This document shows positions 39,226 through 49,500 of a DNA stretch of 59,582 nucleotides, piece after piece (the first letter of the stretch is position 1; the number at the start of each line of letters is the position of its first letter). Source of the DNA: a virus. Lineage: Duplodnaviria; Caudoviricetes. The notes below the pieces were generated by a model that saw only the letters and a list, made by a program, of their open reading frames with translations, did no database searches and was not told the DNA's origin. Both the position numbers and the translations under genes were made by a program. The DNA lies in IMG/VR virus record IMGVR_UViG_3300025082_000008, positions 1 through 59,582 of that record. The stretch is one strand, 5' to 3'.

Positions 39226-39948
39226 ATGAAGAAGTCATCTAGGGTAAGTGAAGGCACACGCGAAGATGCAGTTGCTGCTGCTATTTCAAATCTTGAGAAT
39301 CAATTCGGAAAAGGCACAGTCATGAGAAAAAATCTAGCTGATCACATGAGCAAGCAGATGAGCAGGACAAGCGACATGTCAATAGTTCATGATATCGCGC
39401 TAGCGCATGACATGATGATAGAGCTAGCTCCGTCTCTGGTAGAGGCTGAATCTCAACAGCAACCTAGAGCACCTGGCACACCGATAGGCCCAAGTAAGTT
39501 TAGAGAAGTCGTCGGTCAAATTGTTATGAGAACAGATCTTGATAAACGATTTATTACATTTCATTTAAGATACGCAGTAAATGATGCCAAGTCAGGTGAG
39601 CTACTTTCATTACCCACAGGAGCAGACCTTATCACAAAAGAAACAACACGCCGTGAAGAAGCTGAGCGTGCAAGAGTAGAGCGACAGCGAATCGATGATG
39701 AGTCGACTGAGATGATAGCTGGCAGAAGAATCAAGACGCTTCCGGCACACGGCCGAGGCCAAGGACGTCCAACTTACGGTCACACTAGTATAGGAACATC
39801 ATTTGCACCTGAGGGTATGACAGACGAGGATGCAGTAGAATATTTATCTAATAAATACAGAGGCGCGCCCATGTGGAGATTTGATATAAGCAGAGATCCA
39901 GAGACAGGTAAGCTATACGCGTACTTTGAAATTGATACATCAGGGTGA
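39226..39948 (+). CDS. Hypothetical protein with RecA N-terminal-like peptide and no RecA ATPase core
   Basis: REDAVAAAISNLENQFGKGTVMR; no Walker motifs downstream; ATG at 39226 follows GAGG. Confidence 0.7.
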   Translation: MKKSSRVSEGTREDAVAAAISNLENQFGKGTVMRKNLADHMSKQMSRTSDMSIVHDIALAHDMMIELAPSLVEAESQQQPRAPGTPIGPSKFREVVGQIVMRTDLDKRFITFHLRYAVNDAKSGELLSLPTGADLITKETTRREEAERARVERQRIDDESTEMIAGRRIKTLPAHGRGQGRPTYGHTSIGTSFAPEGMTDEDAVEYLSNKYRGAPMWRFDISRDPETGKLYAYFEIDTSG

Positions 39949-39954
39949 TCACGC

Positions 39955-40200
39955 ATGCCGTATCGTATTAGAAAACAAGATTGTGTAGACTCAAAGGGTA
40001 ATACCGGCACGTATGTCTTACAAAAAAAGAAAAATGGAAAGTGGGTAAAAGCATCCTGCCATTCATCTAGGGAAAAAGCTGAAGGTGCAAGACGAGCCAG
40101 AGGAATACAAAAAGAAGAAAAAGTTTTTAGTATGTCATTAAATGAGTTGAGAGAGTTGATTAGAGAAGTATTTTTTGAAAATAGTTTAGAAAAATCTTGA
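39955..40200 (+). CDS. Small basic hypothetical protein
   Basis: 81 aa; C-terminal SLNELRELIREVFFE helix. Confidence 0.65.
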   Translation: MPYRIRKQDCVDSKGNTGTYVLQKKKNGKWVKASCHSSREKAEGARRARGIQKEEKVFSMSLNELRELIREVFFENSLEKS

Positions 40201-40286
40201 TGTAGATGATACATCATTATGTTGAAATTGCGTTTAGTTAGTCGAGTTGTGTATGCCTATATATAGATGTAGAAAAGGAGCACAAA

Positions 40287-41462
40287 GTGGCGACATTCGC
40301 GAATACCACGAATCCAACACCCTTTGGGTTATTTGATTCAGAGACATCATTTTTAACTGATGCTGATAGCATGGTCACTTTTGTTAAGCGGAAGCTAGGT
40401 GATGACATACTTTCTGTTGAATTAACAAAAAAACAGATATTCTCAAATTTTGAAGAAGCTGTTCTTGAGTATAGTTCAATTTTAAATCAATACCAGGCAA
40501 AATCACAGCTTGTTAACTACTTAGGCTTCCCAACGGGCAGCGCTGACAATCCAGATATGGAGACTGGCGCTGAAGAAAGGTTCGTAAGAGATAATCTAGA
40601 GTACTTGTCAAGATTTGCTGAACCATACGCGATGGAAGCGGGCATAGGGGGCTCTTATAACACACTGTCTGGGTCAATAAGTCTCCAACAGGGTCGACAA
40701 GACTATAATCTATATACAGAGCTGTCTGGTGCTAATGGTGGATTGTTTGATAACTCAAAAGGTAAGTTAAGAATCGTAGAGGTTTTTCACTATAATCCAC
40801 AAGCAGCATATAGATTCTTTGATACGACGTCAGCTATTAATTACTTGAATAATGAGTTCTCATTTGAATCTTTTACACCTGAGACAATATTTTATGTGCT
40901 CCCTGTGTTTGAAGATATTCTTAGAGCCGGCCAGCTAGACCTATCTAATAGAGTTAGAAGATCAAACTACTCTTATGAAATAAACGGTACAAATCTTAGA
41001 ATATATCCTACACCAACAGTAGAATCAGATACAAAAAAATTGTGGGTGAAAATAAGACAGTATCCTGATCCAACATCACCATCGTATGAGGACAAAACAA
41101 TTGATGGTGTGTCTAACATGTCGAATCTCCCGTTTGGGAATCTTAAATACGCAAAAATAAACTCTATAGGAAAACAGTGGATAAGACAATTTTCGTTAGC
41201 ACTTAGTAGAGAACAATTGGGAATAGTTAGATCAAAATTTGGAAGCATTCCTGTGCCCGGCGCAGAAGTTCAGTTAAATGGAAGCGACTTAGTATCATCT
41301 GGTCGCGAAGATAAGGAGAAGTTGATAACACAGTTAAGAGAGATGTTAGACACGTTGACATATGATAAGCTAATCGAGATACAGTCGGCTAGAGCTGAGC
41401 AGATGAACAAGCAGTTGCGTTTCGTTCCAATGCCAAATGGCAAAGCAATATTTATGGGGTAA
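40287..41462 (+). CDS. Neck/head-tail adaptor protein (T4 gp13-like)
   Basis: KRKLGDDILSVEL, WIRQFSLALSREQLGIVRSKF, VQLNG; position before tail genes. Confidence 0.75.
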   Translation: MATFANTTNPTPFGLFDSETSFLTDADSMVTFVKRKLGDDILSVELTKKQIFSNFEEAVLEYSSILNQYQAKSQLVNYLGFPTGSADNPDMETGAEERFVRDNLEYLSRFAEPYAMEAGIGGSYNTLSGSISLQQGRQDYNLYTELSGANGGLFDNSKGKLRIVEVFHYNPQAAYRFFDTTSAINYLNNEFSFESFTPETIFYVLPVFEDILRAGQLDLSNRVRRSNYSYEINGTNLRIYPTPTVESDTKKLWVKIRQYPDPTSPSYEDKTIDGVSNMSNLPFGNLKYAKINSIGKQWIRQFSLALSREQLGIVRSKFGSIPVPGAEVQLNGSDLVSSGREDKEKLITQLREMLDTLTYDKLIEIQSARAEQMNKQLRFVPMPNGKAIFMG

Positions 41463-41465
41463 CGA

Positions 41466-42131
41466 ATGGGTAGACTTTTTATAACACCGCGAGAAATTAA
41501 TTTTATAAATGACTTGGGTAAAGAGATAATCAAGGATGTAATAGGGCAAAAAATATTCTACTTTCCTATTTCTGAAATCAAATCAAACATTCATGATGTT
41601 TACGAAGAATCACCTGACAAAGTTTTTGAAAATCCAATAGAGATAGACTGCTTAGTGAAGTATGAATCTGATCAAGTAAGAACAACTCGTTTTGGATCTG
41701 AGACGTATTACACAATCGAAGCTTACATTCAGTCTCGTGATCTCTTGGATAAGGGAATTGAACTACTTGAGGGTGACTTTTTCTCTTATGGTACAGTATT
41801 TTTTGAAGTTATTAAAGCACCAAAGTCTGATACAATATTCGGACAAATTGAGCATAAGCGTTACGTAACAATTACAGGTAAACAATCAAGAAAGGGACAG
41901 TTTTTATCAAAGGTTTTTGGACCAACATCAGAGAAATATACAGATTCAGATGCAGTTCAAGATACATTTGTTCAACAAAGAGGACAGACTTTCAATAGTA
42001 ATGGTGAGACTGGAGATATACGAGAGCTTCGCAAGAGAGGAGTGTTAGATGATCCAATCACTGGCGCTAAAGAGGTCTCGCCCGCAGGCGATTCGACAGG
42101 CGTTGGGTCGTCATTTTATGACGAGGATTAA
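41466..42131 (+). CDS. Neck/head closure protein (T4 gp14-like)
   Basis: GQKIFYFP, DVYEES, EGDFF pattern; synteny. Confidence 0.65.
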   Translation: MGRLFITPREINFINDLGKEIIKDVIGQKIFYFPISEIKSNIHDVYEESPDKVFENPIEIDCLVKYESDQVRTTRFGSETYYTIEAYIQSRDLLDKGIELLEGDFFSYGTVFFEVIKAPKSDTIFGQIEHKRYVTITGKQSRKGQFLSKVFGPTSEKYTDSDAVQDTFVQQRGQTFNSNGETGDIRELRKRGVLDDPITGAKEVSPAGDSTGVGSSFYDED

Positions 42132-42133
42132 AG

Positions 42134-43342
42134 ATGTCAAAAGCACCAGGGCCTAAGGGACAAAAGATCATAAAAGATTTTGATGGAAACAATTCACCAG
42201 ATGATTTCACGATACCCTCTGTCGGGATAGAAGATATTGACAGGGCTATTTTTGAACTGTTTGACAAGAAAATTTCTTTTGAAGTGAGCAATGAAGGAAA
42301 GCTGCAAAAAGTTCCTGTTATATTTGCGTCAGGAGAGCGATTCGCATTAACAAGAAGAAAAAATCCGATAAGAGACAGGGCAAACGCATTGATCTTGCCT
42401 ATAATTTCGATAATGCGAAATGACATAGACTTCACCCCCTCACAATCAGGAAAAGGAACAGCAATATCATTCAGGGAGCAGCAAAGCTATAGAGTAAGAT
42501 ACAGACTTAGCGAAAGAGACAGAAAGTTTCAGAACATTGTCAACAAGATGGGAATAAAAAATCAGAGCAATGTTGCGTCGCTGAATAATTTATTAGAGAA
42601 TACAGGCCTTACAGGAGGCAGAGGCGCAGTTCCTGGGACTGTTGCAACAAGAAGAACGAACGAATCGATGAGCTTCTCAAAAGATGCAAAACTTGCTTTA
42701 GAAAGTGATTTAGGCGTCAATATTTTTGAGATAATAGAAGTTCCGTATCCTGAATTCATAGCAATTAATTATGACATAATTTTCTGGACGCAGTATATGA
42801 AACAAGCAAACCAGATGATTGAGACACTTTTAGTTAACTTCACCGGTCAGGGTGAAGAAATTCCAATAACAACAAACGGTGGGTATGAGCTAGTTGCATT
42901 TTTTAAAGGAACTTTTTCTAACAGTTCGAATTTAGATGAATTTACAGACTCAGAGAGGATTATCAAGCACACGTTTTCAGTTACCATACCTGGATACATA
43001 ATAAATCCTCGGCATCCAGGGCTTCCAAACTTAGTAAGAACATACACATCAGCACCTGTTATTAGCTTTACTTTTGCTGATGCGAATGCTGCTGTAATAA
43101 GTTACCAGTCCGAAACGAATGAAGAGAAAGTTGCGAGACATGTTCTCACAGACTTAACTGCAGTTGATGAAAATTCGCTTAGAAGAGGAGAATCAAGTGC
43201 TGTTATTGAGAATTTTGTACGAAATCCGTTTAGCAGCAGTACAAAGACAGAATTTTCTAGGATCAAGTCTAGAAATGTGAGAACAGGAGAAACTGTTGCG
43301 TCTTCCAAAATAATTGGTGCACTTGAGGATCAACAAGAATAA
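42134..43342 (+). CDS. Tail terminator/sheath stabiliser (T4 gp15-like)
   Basis: KVPVIFASGER, LPIISIMR, INYDIIFWTQY...QMIE, FSVTIPGY; synteny. Confidence 0.65.
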   Translation: MSKAPGPKGQKIIKDFDGNNSPDDFTIPSVGIEDIDRAIFELFDKKISFEVSNEGKLQKVPVIFASGERFALTRRKNPIRDRANALILPIISIMRNDIDFTPSQSGKGTAISFREQQSYRVRYRLSERDRKFQNIVNKMGIKNQSNVASLNNLLENTGLTGGRGAVPGTVATRRTNESMSFSKDAKLALESDLGVNIFEIIEVPYPEFIAINYDIIFWTQYMKQANQMIETLLVNFTGQGEEIPITTNGGYELVAFFKGTFSNSSNLDEFTDSERIIKHTFSVTIPGYIINPRHPGLPNLVRTYTSAPVISFTFADANAAVISYQSETNEEKVARHVLTDLTAVDENSLRRGESSAVIENFVRNPFSSSTKTEFSRIKSRNVRTGETVASSKIIGALEDQQE

Positions 43343-43399
43343 TTAATGATAAGATGTTTGAATATTAAAGCGATAGTTATATAGGTAATTGAGGAGAGA

Positions 43400-46300
43400 T
43401 TGATGGCAGAACAGACTTTCAGATCTCCGGGTTTTTTTGAGAGAGAAATTGACTTAACCCAGAGAACACGAGAAATAGAAGGCGTCCCTGCAGGAGTCAT
43501 TGGAATGGCCCAAAAAGGTCCTGCATTTGTGCCTGTCACAGTAGGCTCTTTTGTCGACTTTGAAAGAAGATTCGGAACGCTAGACACTGAATTATTTGGC
43601 CCGTATGCAGTCAATGAGTGGCTTGAACATAGAACTGCATTAACTTACATAAGAGTTCTCGGCGCCGGCGCTAATGCAGACTCAACAGATATTGCTGCTA
43701 CAGTTGCAAAAGGAACAGTTAAGAATGCGGGATTCCGAGTGCTTGGTAAGGGTGAAGAGAGCGACACCCCAGCAGCTTTAGCAGGTGGCGGAAGACTCCG
43801 AGGTGGTGTGCAGTTCATATCAGCAGTACATAATGTGATAACAGAGTATGAGTCTGTGGGATACCCGATCTTTTCTGACAACGACTCATTTGATACGTCT
43901 ACTGATCTTAGGCTGGTCCGCGGAATGGTGATGATGGCCTCAGGCGCAAGAATGGAGGTGCTTCATCACAATAGCTACTACTCCGGAGTGCAGACGACGA
44001 CAGATCTAGCTCAGATATCGTCATATGACGGAACTTCTGGGGAAGGAACATTCAAACTTATAATTTCTGCCTCCGGTACTGGCTTTAGTAATGATGAGGG
44101 TTTCCCTGGCATTAGAATTTACACGGCATCGTTAGATCCGTCTAGCAAGCATTACATCGGAAAGATCTTAAATACAAGCACTGACAGGTTTCATGCAGAG
44201 CAACACATACTCTACGCAGATTTTGCAGTCGAAAGCGAACTTGCTAGGGTTAAGTATGATGCTTCTAACCCATCAGTTGGAATCTTATCCGGATCAACAG
44301 AGACATCAAACTCTAGTGGCGACACGTCATTAAGGTTCTGCGATGTGTACGGATCTTTCAACACGAGATACCAGGCCGCTAGAACAACATCATTTATCTC
44401 ACAGCCTTACGGCGCTGATGAATATGATCTATTCCACTTCGAGATGATAGATGATGGAACTGCCGGCAATGCTAAGGTGAAGGTCTCAATTTCAAATCTT
44501 AAAAGATCCACAAACCCAAAGAGCAAGTATGGATCGTTCACAGTTTTAATTAGAGACTTCACAGACACAGACACTAACATGAAGATTCTTGAGCAGTATC
44601 CTCTTTGCACGCTTAATCCTGCAGATGATGACTACATAGCTAATAGAATTGGTGACTTAAAGGTTTCATATAACTTTGATGCAGAGACTGATTCTGAGAA
44701 GAGATTAATGGTTTCAGGAAAACGACCTAATAAGTCAGCATATGTCCGAGTTAAGATGACAGCAGCTGCTGAAAATGATGATATTCCTGCTGATGCTCTA
44801 CCCTTTGGATTCCGAGGCTTGCCTGTTCCAAAGACGACAGATAACCTAAGAGATGACACATCAACACTTTCTGTAGGCTCAAATAGGGGAAGACTAACAA
44901 GAGTCGCAGGAGGAATTGCAGAAACTGGAACTGAGACGCTAACACATGCGGTCGTGCCTCCTGTTCCACTGAGATTTAAGGCTACAAGAAATGCAATTCT
45001 TCAGACAGACACACCAGGCTTCACAGGTGCCCCCGGCGCTCTCGAATTAGCTGATAATAGATACTTCTTTGGAGTAAAGTTTGAGCGTTGTCCGGTGACA
45101 GCAAGTCTAGACAATGCTGTCTTGACATCAAATGCTTCATCTGCAAAGAATCCTCTCGTTTCAGCTTACTCAAAATTCTTAGGAATTGCCAAGTTAGACG
45201 CACTAACTACTGGATCTGGTGCAGACGCTTTTTGTAATAATAAGTTCACGCTGGCAAAAGTTGCTTTCTATAATAGTACTACAGCTGCAACTACAACAAT
45301 TGATTCAGAAGTAGACGTAGTATTCACAGGGTCAGTTGATGAGCACATGCGAGAAGCAGCTTACTTAAGAAACGGAAGATTAGTGACGCCGCAGTATACA
45401 ATTCAAGATGGGGCAACAAATCCAAGACGAATAACATTTGCTTCTCTTGCTGCAGCCCGTTCAGCAACCAAGTTCAATAGATTTACTGATTACATGAAGT
45501 TTACAAACATGTTCTACGGTGGTTTTGACGGCCTAAACATTCTTGATAGAGATCAAAGGCTCATGAATGATAAAGCATCATCAGTAGGCACCGGCGGCAA
45601 GGCCGTGGGTGATGAGCTAGGATACACGAATCTCTCTACAGGCTCTTCACCAGGGTCAGGAAAAGAGAATAACATAATTAGTTCATATAGAACCGCTGCA
45701 AAGATCATAACAGATCCAATGGCAACACGCGTTAACGTGATTTCTGTACCGGGAATTAGAGACTCTTATGTTACAGACTTCTTAAGTGATCTAACTAGAA
45801 CTTATAGTAAGGCAATCTATATTATGGATATGCCAGCTTATGATGACGATACAAATCGTCTATATGACGATGCAACAGTTCGTCCAAATGTTAGACGATC
45901 AGTTGAACAGTTTGAGAGCAGAGCACTTGACAACAACTATGTCGCGACATATTTTCCTGACGTGATTATAGAAGATCCTATCAATAGGGCATCAGTGAAT
46001 GTGCCGGCTTCAATTGCAGCTGTCGGCGCATTGGCGTACAATGATGCTGTTGCTTATCCGTGGTTCGCTCCTGCAGGATTTAACAGAGGAGCTCTAGACA
46101 ATGTTATGAACACTGAAGTGAGGCTAACGGCTGAAGATAGAAATGTCATGTATGAATCAATGATTAATCCTATCGCTAACTTTCCTGACGGTGGATTTGT
46201 GATCTTCGGTCAGAAAACATTGCAGCAGGCAAGATCAGCACTTGATCGTGTTAATGTTAGAAGAATGCTTCTAGAGGTAAAACGAATAGTGTCAGACATT

Positions 46301-46558
46301 GCTGTTAAGATCATCTTCGAGCAGAACACACCTGCAACAAGAGCTAGATTCGTCGCACAGGTGACACCACAATTAGCAACGATACAAGCTCAGCAGGGAA
46401 TTGACCAGTTTAAGGTTGTTATGGATTCTTCAAACAATACAGATGAAGACATCGAGCAAAATCGACTAAACGGACGAATTGTTTTAGTTCCGACGAGAGC
46501 TGTTGAGTTTATCGCAATAGACTTTATTATAACAAATTCTGGCGTAAGTTTTGAATGA
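43400..46558 (+). CDS. Tail sheath protein 1
   Basis: SPGFFEREIDLT, KGPAFVP, PWFAPAGFNRG, FGQKTLQ, SALDRVNVRRML, PTRAVEFI. Confidence 0.93.
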   Translation: MMAEQTFRSPGFFEREIDLTQRTREIEGVPAGVIGMAQKGPAFVPVTVGSFVDFERRFGTLDTELFGPYAVNEWLEHRTALTYIRVLGAGANADSTDIAATVAKGTVKNAGFRVLGKGEESDTPAALAGGGRLRGGVQFISAVHNVITEYESVGYPIFSDNDSFDTSTDLRLVRGMVMMASGARMEVLHHNSYYSGVQTTTDLAQISSYDGTSGEGTFKLIISASGTGFSNDEGFPGIRIYTASLDPSSKHYIGKILNTSTDRFHAEQHILYADFAVESELARVKYDASNPSVGILSGSTETSNSSGDTSLRFCDVYGSFNTRYQAARTTSFISQPYGADEYDLFHFEMIDDGTAGNAKVKVSISNLKRSTNPKSKYGSFTVLIRDFTDTDTNMKILEQYPLCTLNPADDDYIANRIGDLKVSYNFDAETDSEKRLMVSGKRPNKSAYVRVKMTAAAENDDIPADALPFGFRGLPVPKTTDNLRDDTSTLSVGSNRGRLTRVAGGIAETGTETLTHAVVPPVPLRFKATRNAILQTDTPGFTGAPGALELADNRYFFGVKFERCPVTASLDNAVLTSNASSAKNPLVSAYSKFLGIAKLDALTTGSGADAFCNNKFTLAKVAFYNSTTAATTTIDSEVDVVFTGSVDEHMREAAYLRNGRLVTPQYTIQDGATNPRRITFASLAAARSATKFNRFTDYMKFTNMFYGGFDGLNILDRDQRLMNDKASSVGTGGKAVGDELGYTNLSTGSSPGSGKENNIISSYRTAAKIITDPMATRVNVISVPGIRDSYVTDFLSDLTRTYSKAIYIMDMPAYDDDTNRLYDDATVRPNVRRSVEQFESRALDNNYVATYFPDVIIEDPINRASVNVPASIAAVGALAYNDAVAYPWFAPAGFNRGALDNVMNTEVRLTAEDRNVMYESMINPIANFPDGGFVIFGQKTLQQARSALDRVNVRRMLLEVKRIVSDIAVKIIFEQNTPATRARFVAQVTPQLATIQAQQGIDQFKVVMDSSNNTDEDIEQNRLNGRIVLVPTRAVEFIAIDFIITNSGVSFE

Positions 46559-46598
46559 GAATAATTAAAGGTATAGAGGAAATTTACGGAGATCATAA

Positions 46599-49500
46599 AT
46601 GGCAGAATTAACATTTAAATCAGCAGGCGTTAGCACAAGAGAAATTGATCTCTCTGGTCCTAGAAAAGTAGGACCAGTTGGCGTACCTGCGGGTGTCATC
46701 GGAACAGCCTTGGAGGGCCCGGCTTACGTGCCCATTAAGGTTGCAACGTTTGATGAGTTTAGTAATACATTCGGTGCAACAGACGGAGAGAAGTTTGGCC
46801 CGATTGCTGTTCATGAGTGGTTAAGGAATGCGCAGTCTCTTGTTTACATTAGAGTACTTGGCGCAGGTGACGGAAAGAAGAAGAGCTCTACGACAGGTAA
46901 CGTGACAAATGCAGGGTTTGTGGTTGGCGATCAGCTAGTTCAAGAGAACGGCATGCTCGGTGATAATCCTTGGGCAAATACAGCTACAAACTTAGGAATA
47001 AAGGGTAGAACTTACTTCCTCGGTTGCTTCATGTCAGAGTCGAACGGTAGCACGATATTTAGTGATGCTGGGATACAAGGTGCATCTCTCGCAGCAGGTG
47101 CAAAAGCATCTTGTTCTATTCAGTTTTCCGGATGGCCCACAACCGATGATGAACTTGTAATAACTGATGCAGCGGGCCTCTCGAGAACATACACAGCCAA
47201 GGAAAGTATTTCACTCGCTGACAACGAATATGACCGAGACGGCGGTTCCGCTGGTTCGACAGCCGCGTCGCTAATCCTCTGCATTGAGCACGCATCCGGC
47301 CATGCCGGCTCAATTACTGCAGTTATAGATGGGGATGCGGGCGGCCTGACGTTGACACAAGCTGTTGGAGGCGCAGCAGGAAACACAGCATGTGATGCTA
47401 GCTCAGTAGATAATACGACAGTAACCGGAGTTAGTCCGACAACAGCGAATACGTTTACTGGCGGAATTAATGGAGATCACGCAGTTCCAATACTCCGCGG
47501 AGTTCTTCTCGCACCTAGCGGTGTTATCCTTCATCTAAGCGGCGGAACAACTGCTGTAACAACTAAGCCTGGTGACACAGACACAGCTAGAGCAAATGAA
47601 TTGACTGTCCACGGTCAGAAGGGCGCAATGACAGGTGCAGTTCACTTAGCATCACAAGAATTCACGATGCTGATGAACGGATATGCAGGAACGACATCAA
47701 ATCTTACACACGTAACCGCTTCATTTGACATGACTTCACCGAGCTACTTCCCGAACGTTTTCAATACAGACCCATATCAGATCGAAGCAAGAGGCCACTT
47801 TTTATGCGCTTCTTACGATGTATATCCTGATCTTGCAGCTGTGACAGGAAGTTCTGCCGTTACAGAAGGTGTGTATACAGTAGGCTCAGACTCATCATCG
47901 CAAGAAGACATCGCGTTTCTCCTTACGTCATCTATCGCAAGGGGCACAGTTGATTCAACTGTACCAATGTACGAGTCATTTGAAGATAGATTCACACACG
48001 CAGAATCGCCTTATGTGATATCACAAGCGTATGGTGGCTCCGCATATGATCTGTTTAAGGTGCATGCACTTTCAGACGGCGCAGGCATATCAACAAAATT
48101 TAAGATATCAATTGAAAACTTGAATAAGTCAACATCTGACACTGATTTATTTGGAACATTTGATCTTCTTGTCAGAAGATTCTCAGACACTGATGATGAA
48201 AGAGTTGTGCTAGAGAGCTTCAGAGGACTAAGTCTTGATGCTTCTTCTGACAGATACATTGCTCGTTCGATTGGCGACCAGAACGCATTTTATAACTTTG
48301 ACAATGACCTCGAGTCACAAAAAATAGTTGTCGACGGTTCTCATCCTGTTAGATCACGATATATCAGGGTCCAGATGTCAAATGCTATGAAGAAGTCAGA
48401 AGTACCTGACGGCGCTCTACCTCTCGGCTTCAGAGGGCCCAAACATCTTGTGACTAGTGGCTCATTACTTGCAGGTGAACCTGACGCGCGCTGCTACATA
48501 GCAACAGACTTACACAAGCGTGTAAGAGAGGTGCCCATACCTTACAGAGAGTCAATCTCCCAAGGCACAGGCCTCCAGAAGAGAGATGACTCTAGACTGT
48601 ACTGGGGTGTCCAGAGCACAAGAAAGACATCAGCAACAGAGCCCAATACTGTCGGCCTTTTTGATCAATCACTATTCTCATTCGCGAAGCACCTTCCGAA
48701 CCACAGAGATGACAGCACAAAGTTTTGGGTAGGTGACAACAACGGTGTCTCAAATGTTGCAGGCTCAGTTCTTGACTGTGACTTGTTCAACAATAACAAA
48801 TTCACTCTTGAGAACGTTAAGGTCAGAACAGGATCAGACGGTGTTGCAGACGCTGAGTATTGGCTTAGCGCGTCTTATGTAAGGGTAGGAAGTATCTCTG
48901 CTGATGATGCCAATAAGCTCCGTGCGTTTAAAGTTGATGATCTTGATAAGGTTTCAAATAGAAAGTTTGCAAAATTTACATTCATACTCCAGGGAGGCTT
49001 CGACGGCACAAATATCTTTGATAAGGACAAGCGAGAGCTATCAAATGCAGCGGCCAAGAGAGAGATTGATGATGAGAACCAGGGAGAGACAGCAGGTCCT
49101 ACAGTTTCAGCTTACAGGAAGGCAATTGATGTTATGTCATCAAAGACAGATGTCGAACTACAGCTACTTGCAATTCCAGGTATGAGGCACACATCAATAA
49201 CAGACTATGCTATTAATGCAACTGAGCAAAGATTCGATGCGATGTACATCATGGACATCGAGGAAAGGGATCAGTATAACAGTGTAATAACAGCATCGGG
49301 CGGCGATCAGATGCCTCACGTCTCAAATACGGTCACAGCATTTAAGAATAGATCACTTGACAGCTCCTTTGGAGCCGCATACTTCCCAGATGTCATCGTG
49401 ACAGATCCAACAACTAGAGCGCTAGTCCAGGTTCCTCCGACAGCAGCTGTGTTGGGTGCTTACTCAGTGAATGATAGACTCGGTCACCCGTGGTTCGCAC

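Noticed and set aside
39226-39948. recA or uvsX gene, or recA pseudogene
   Set aside because: Similarity is limited to about 23 N-terminal residues; the ORF continues intact with no Walker A/B motifs
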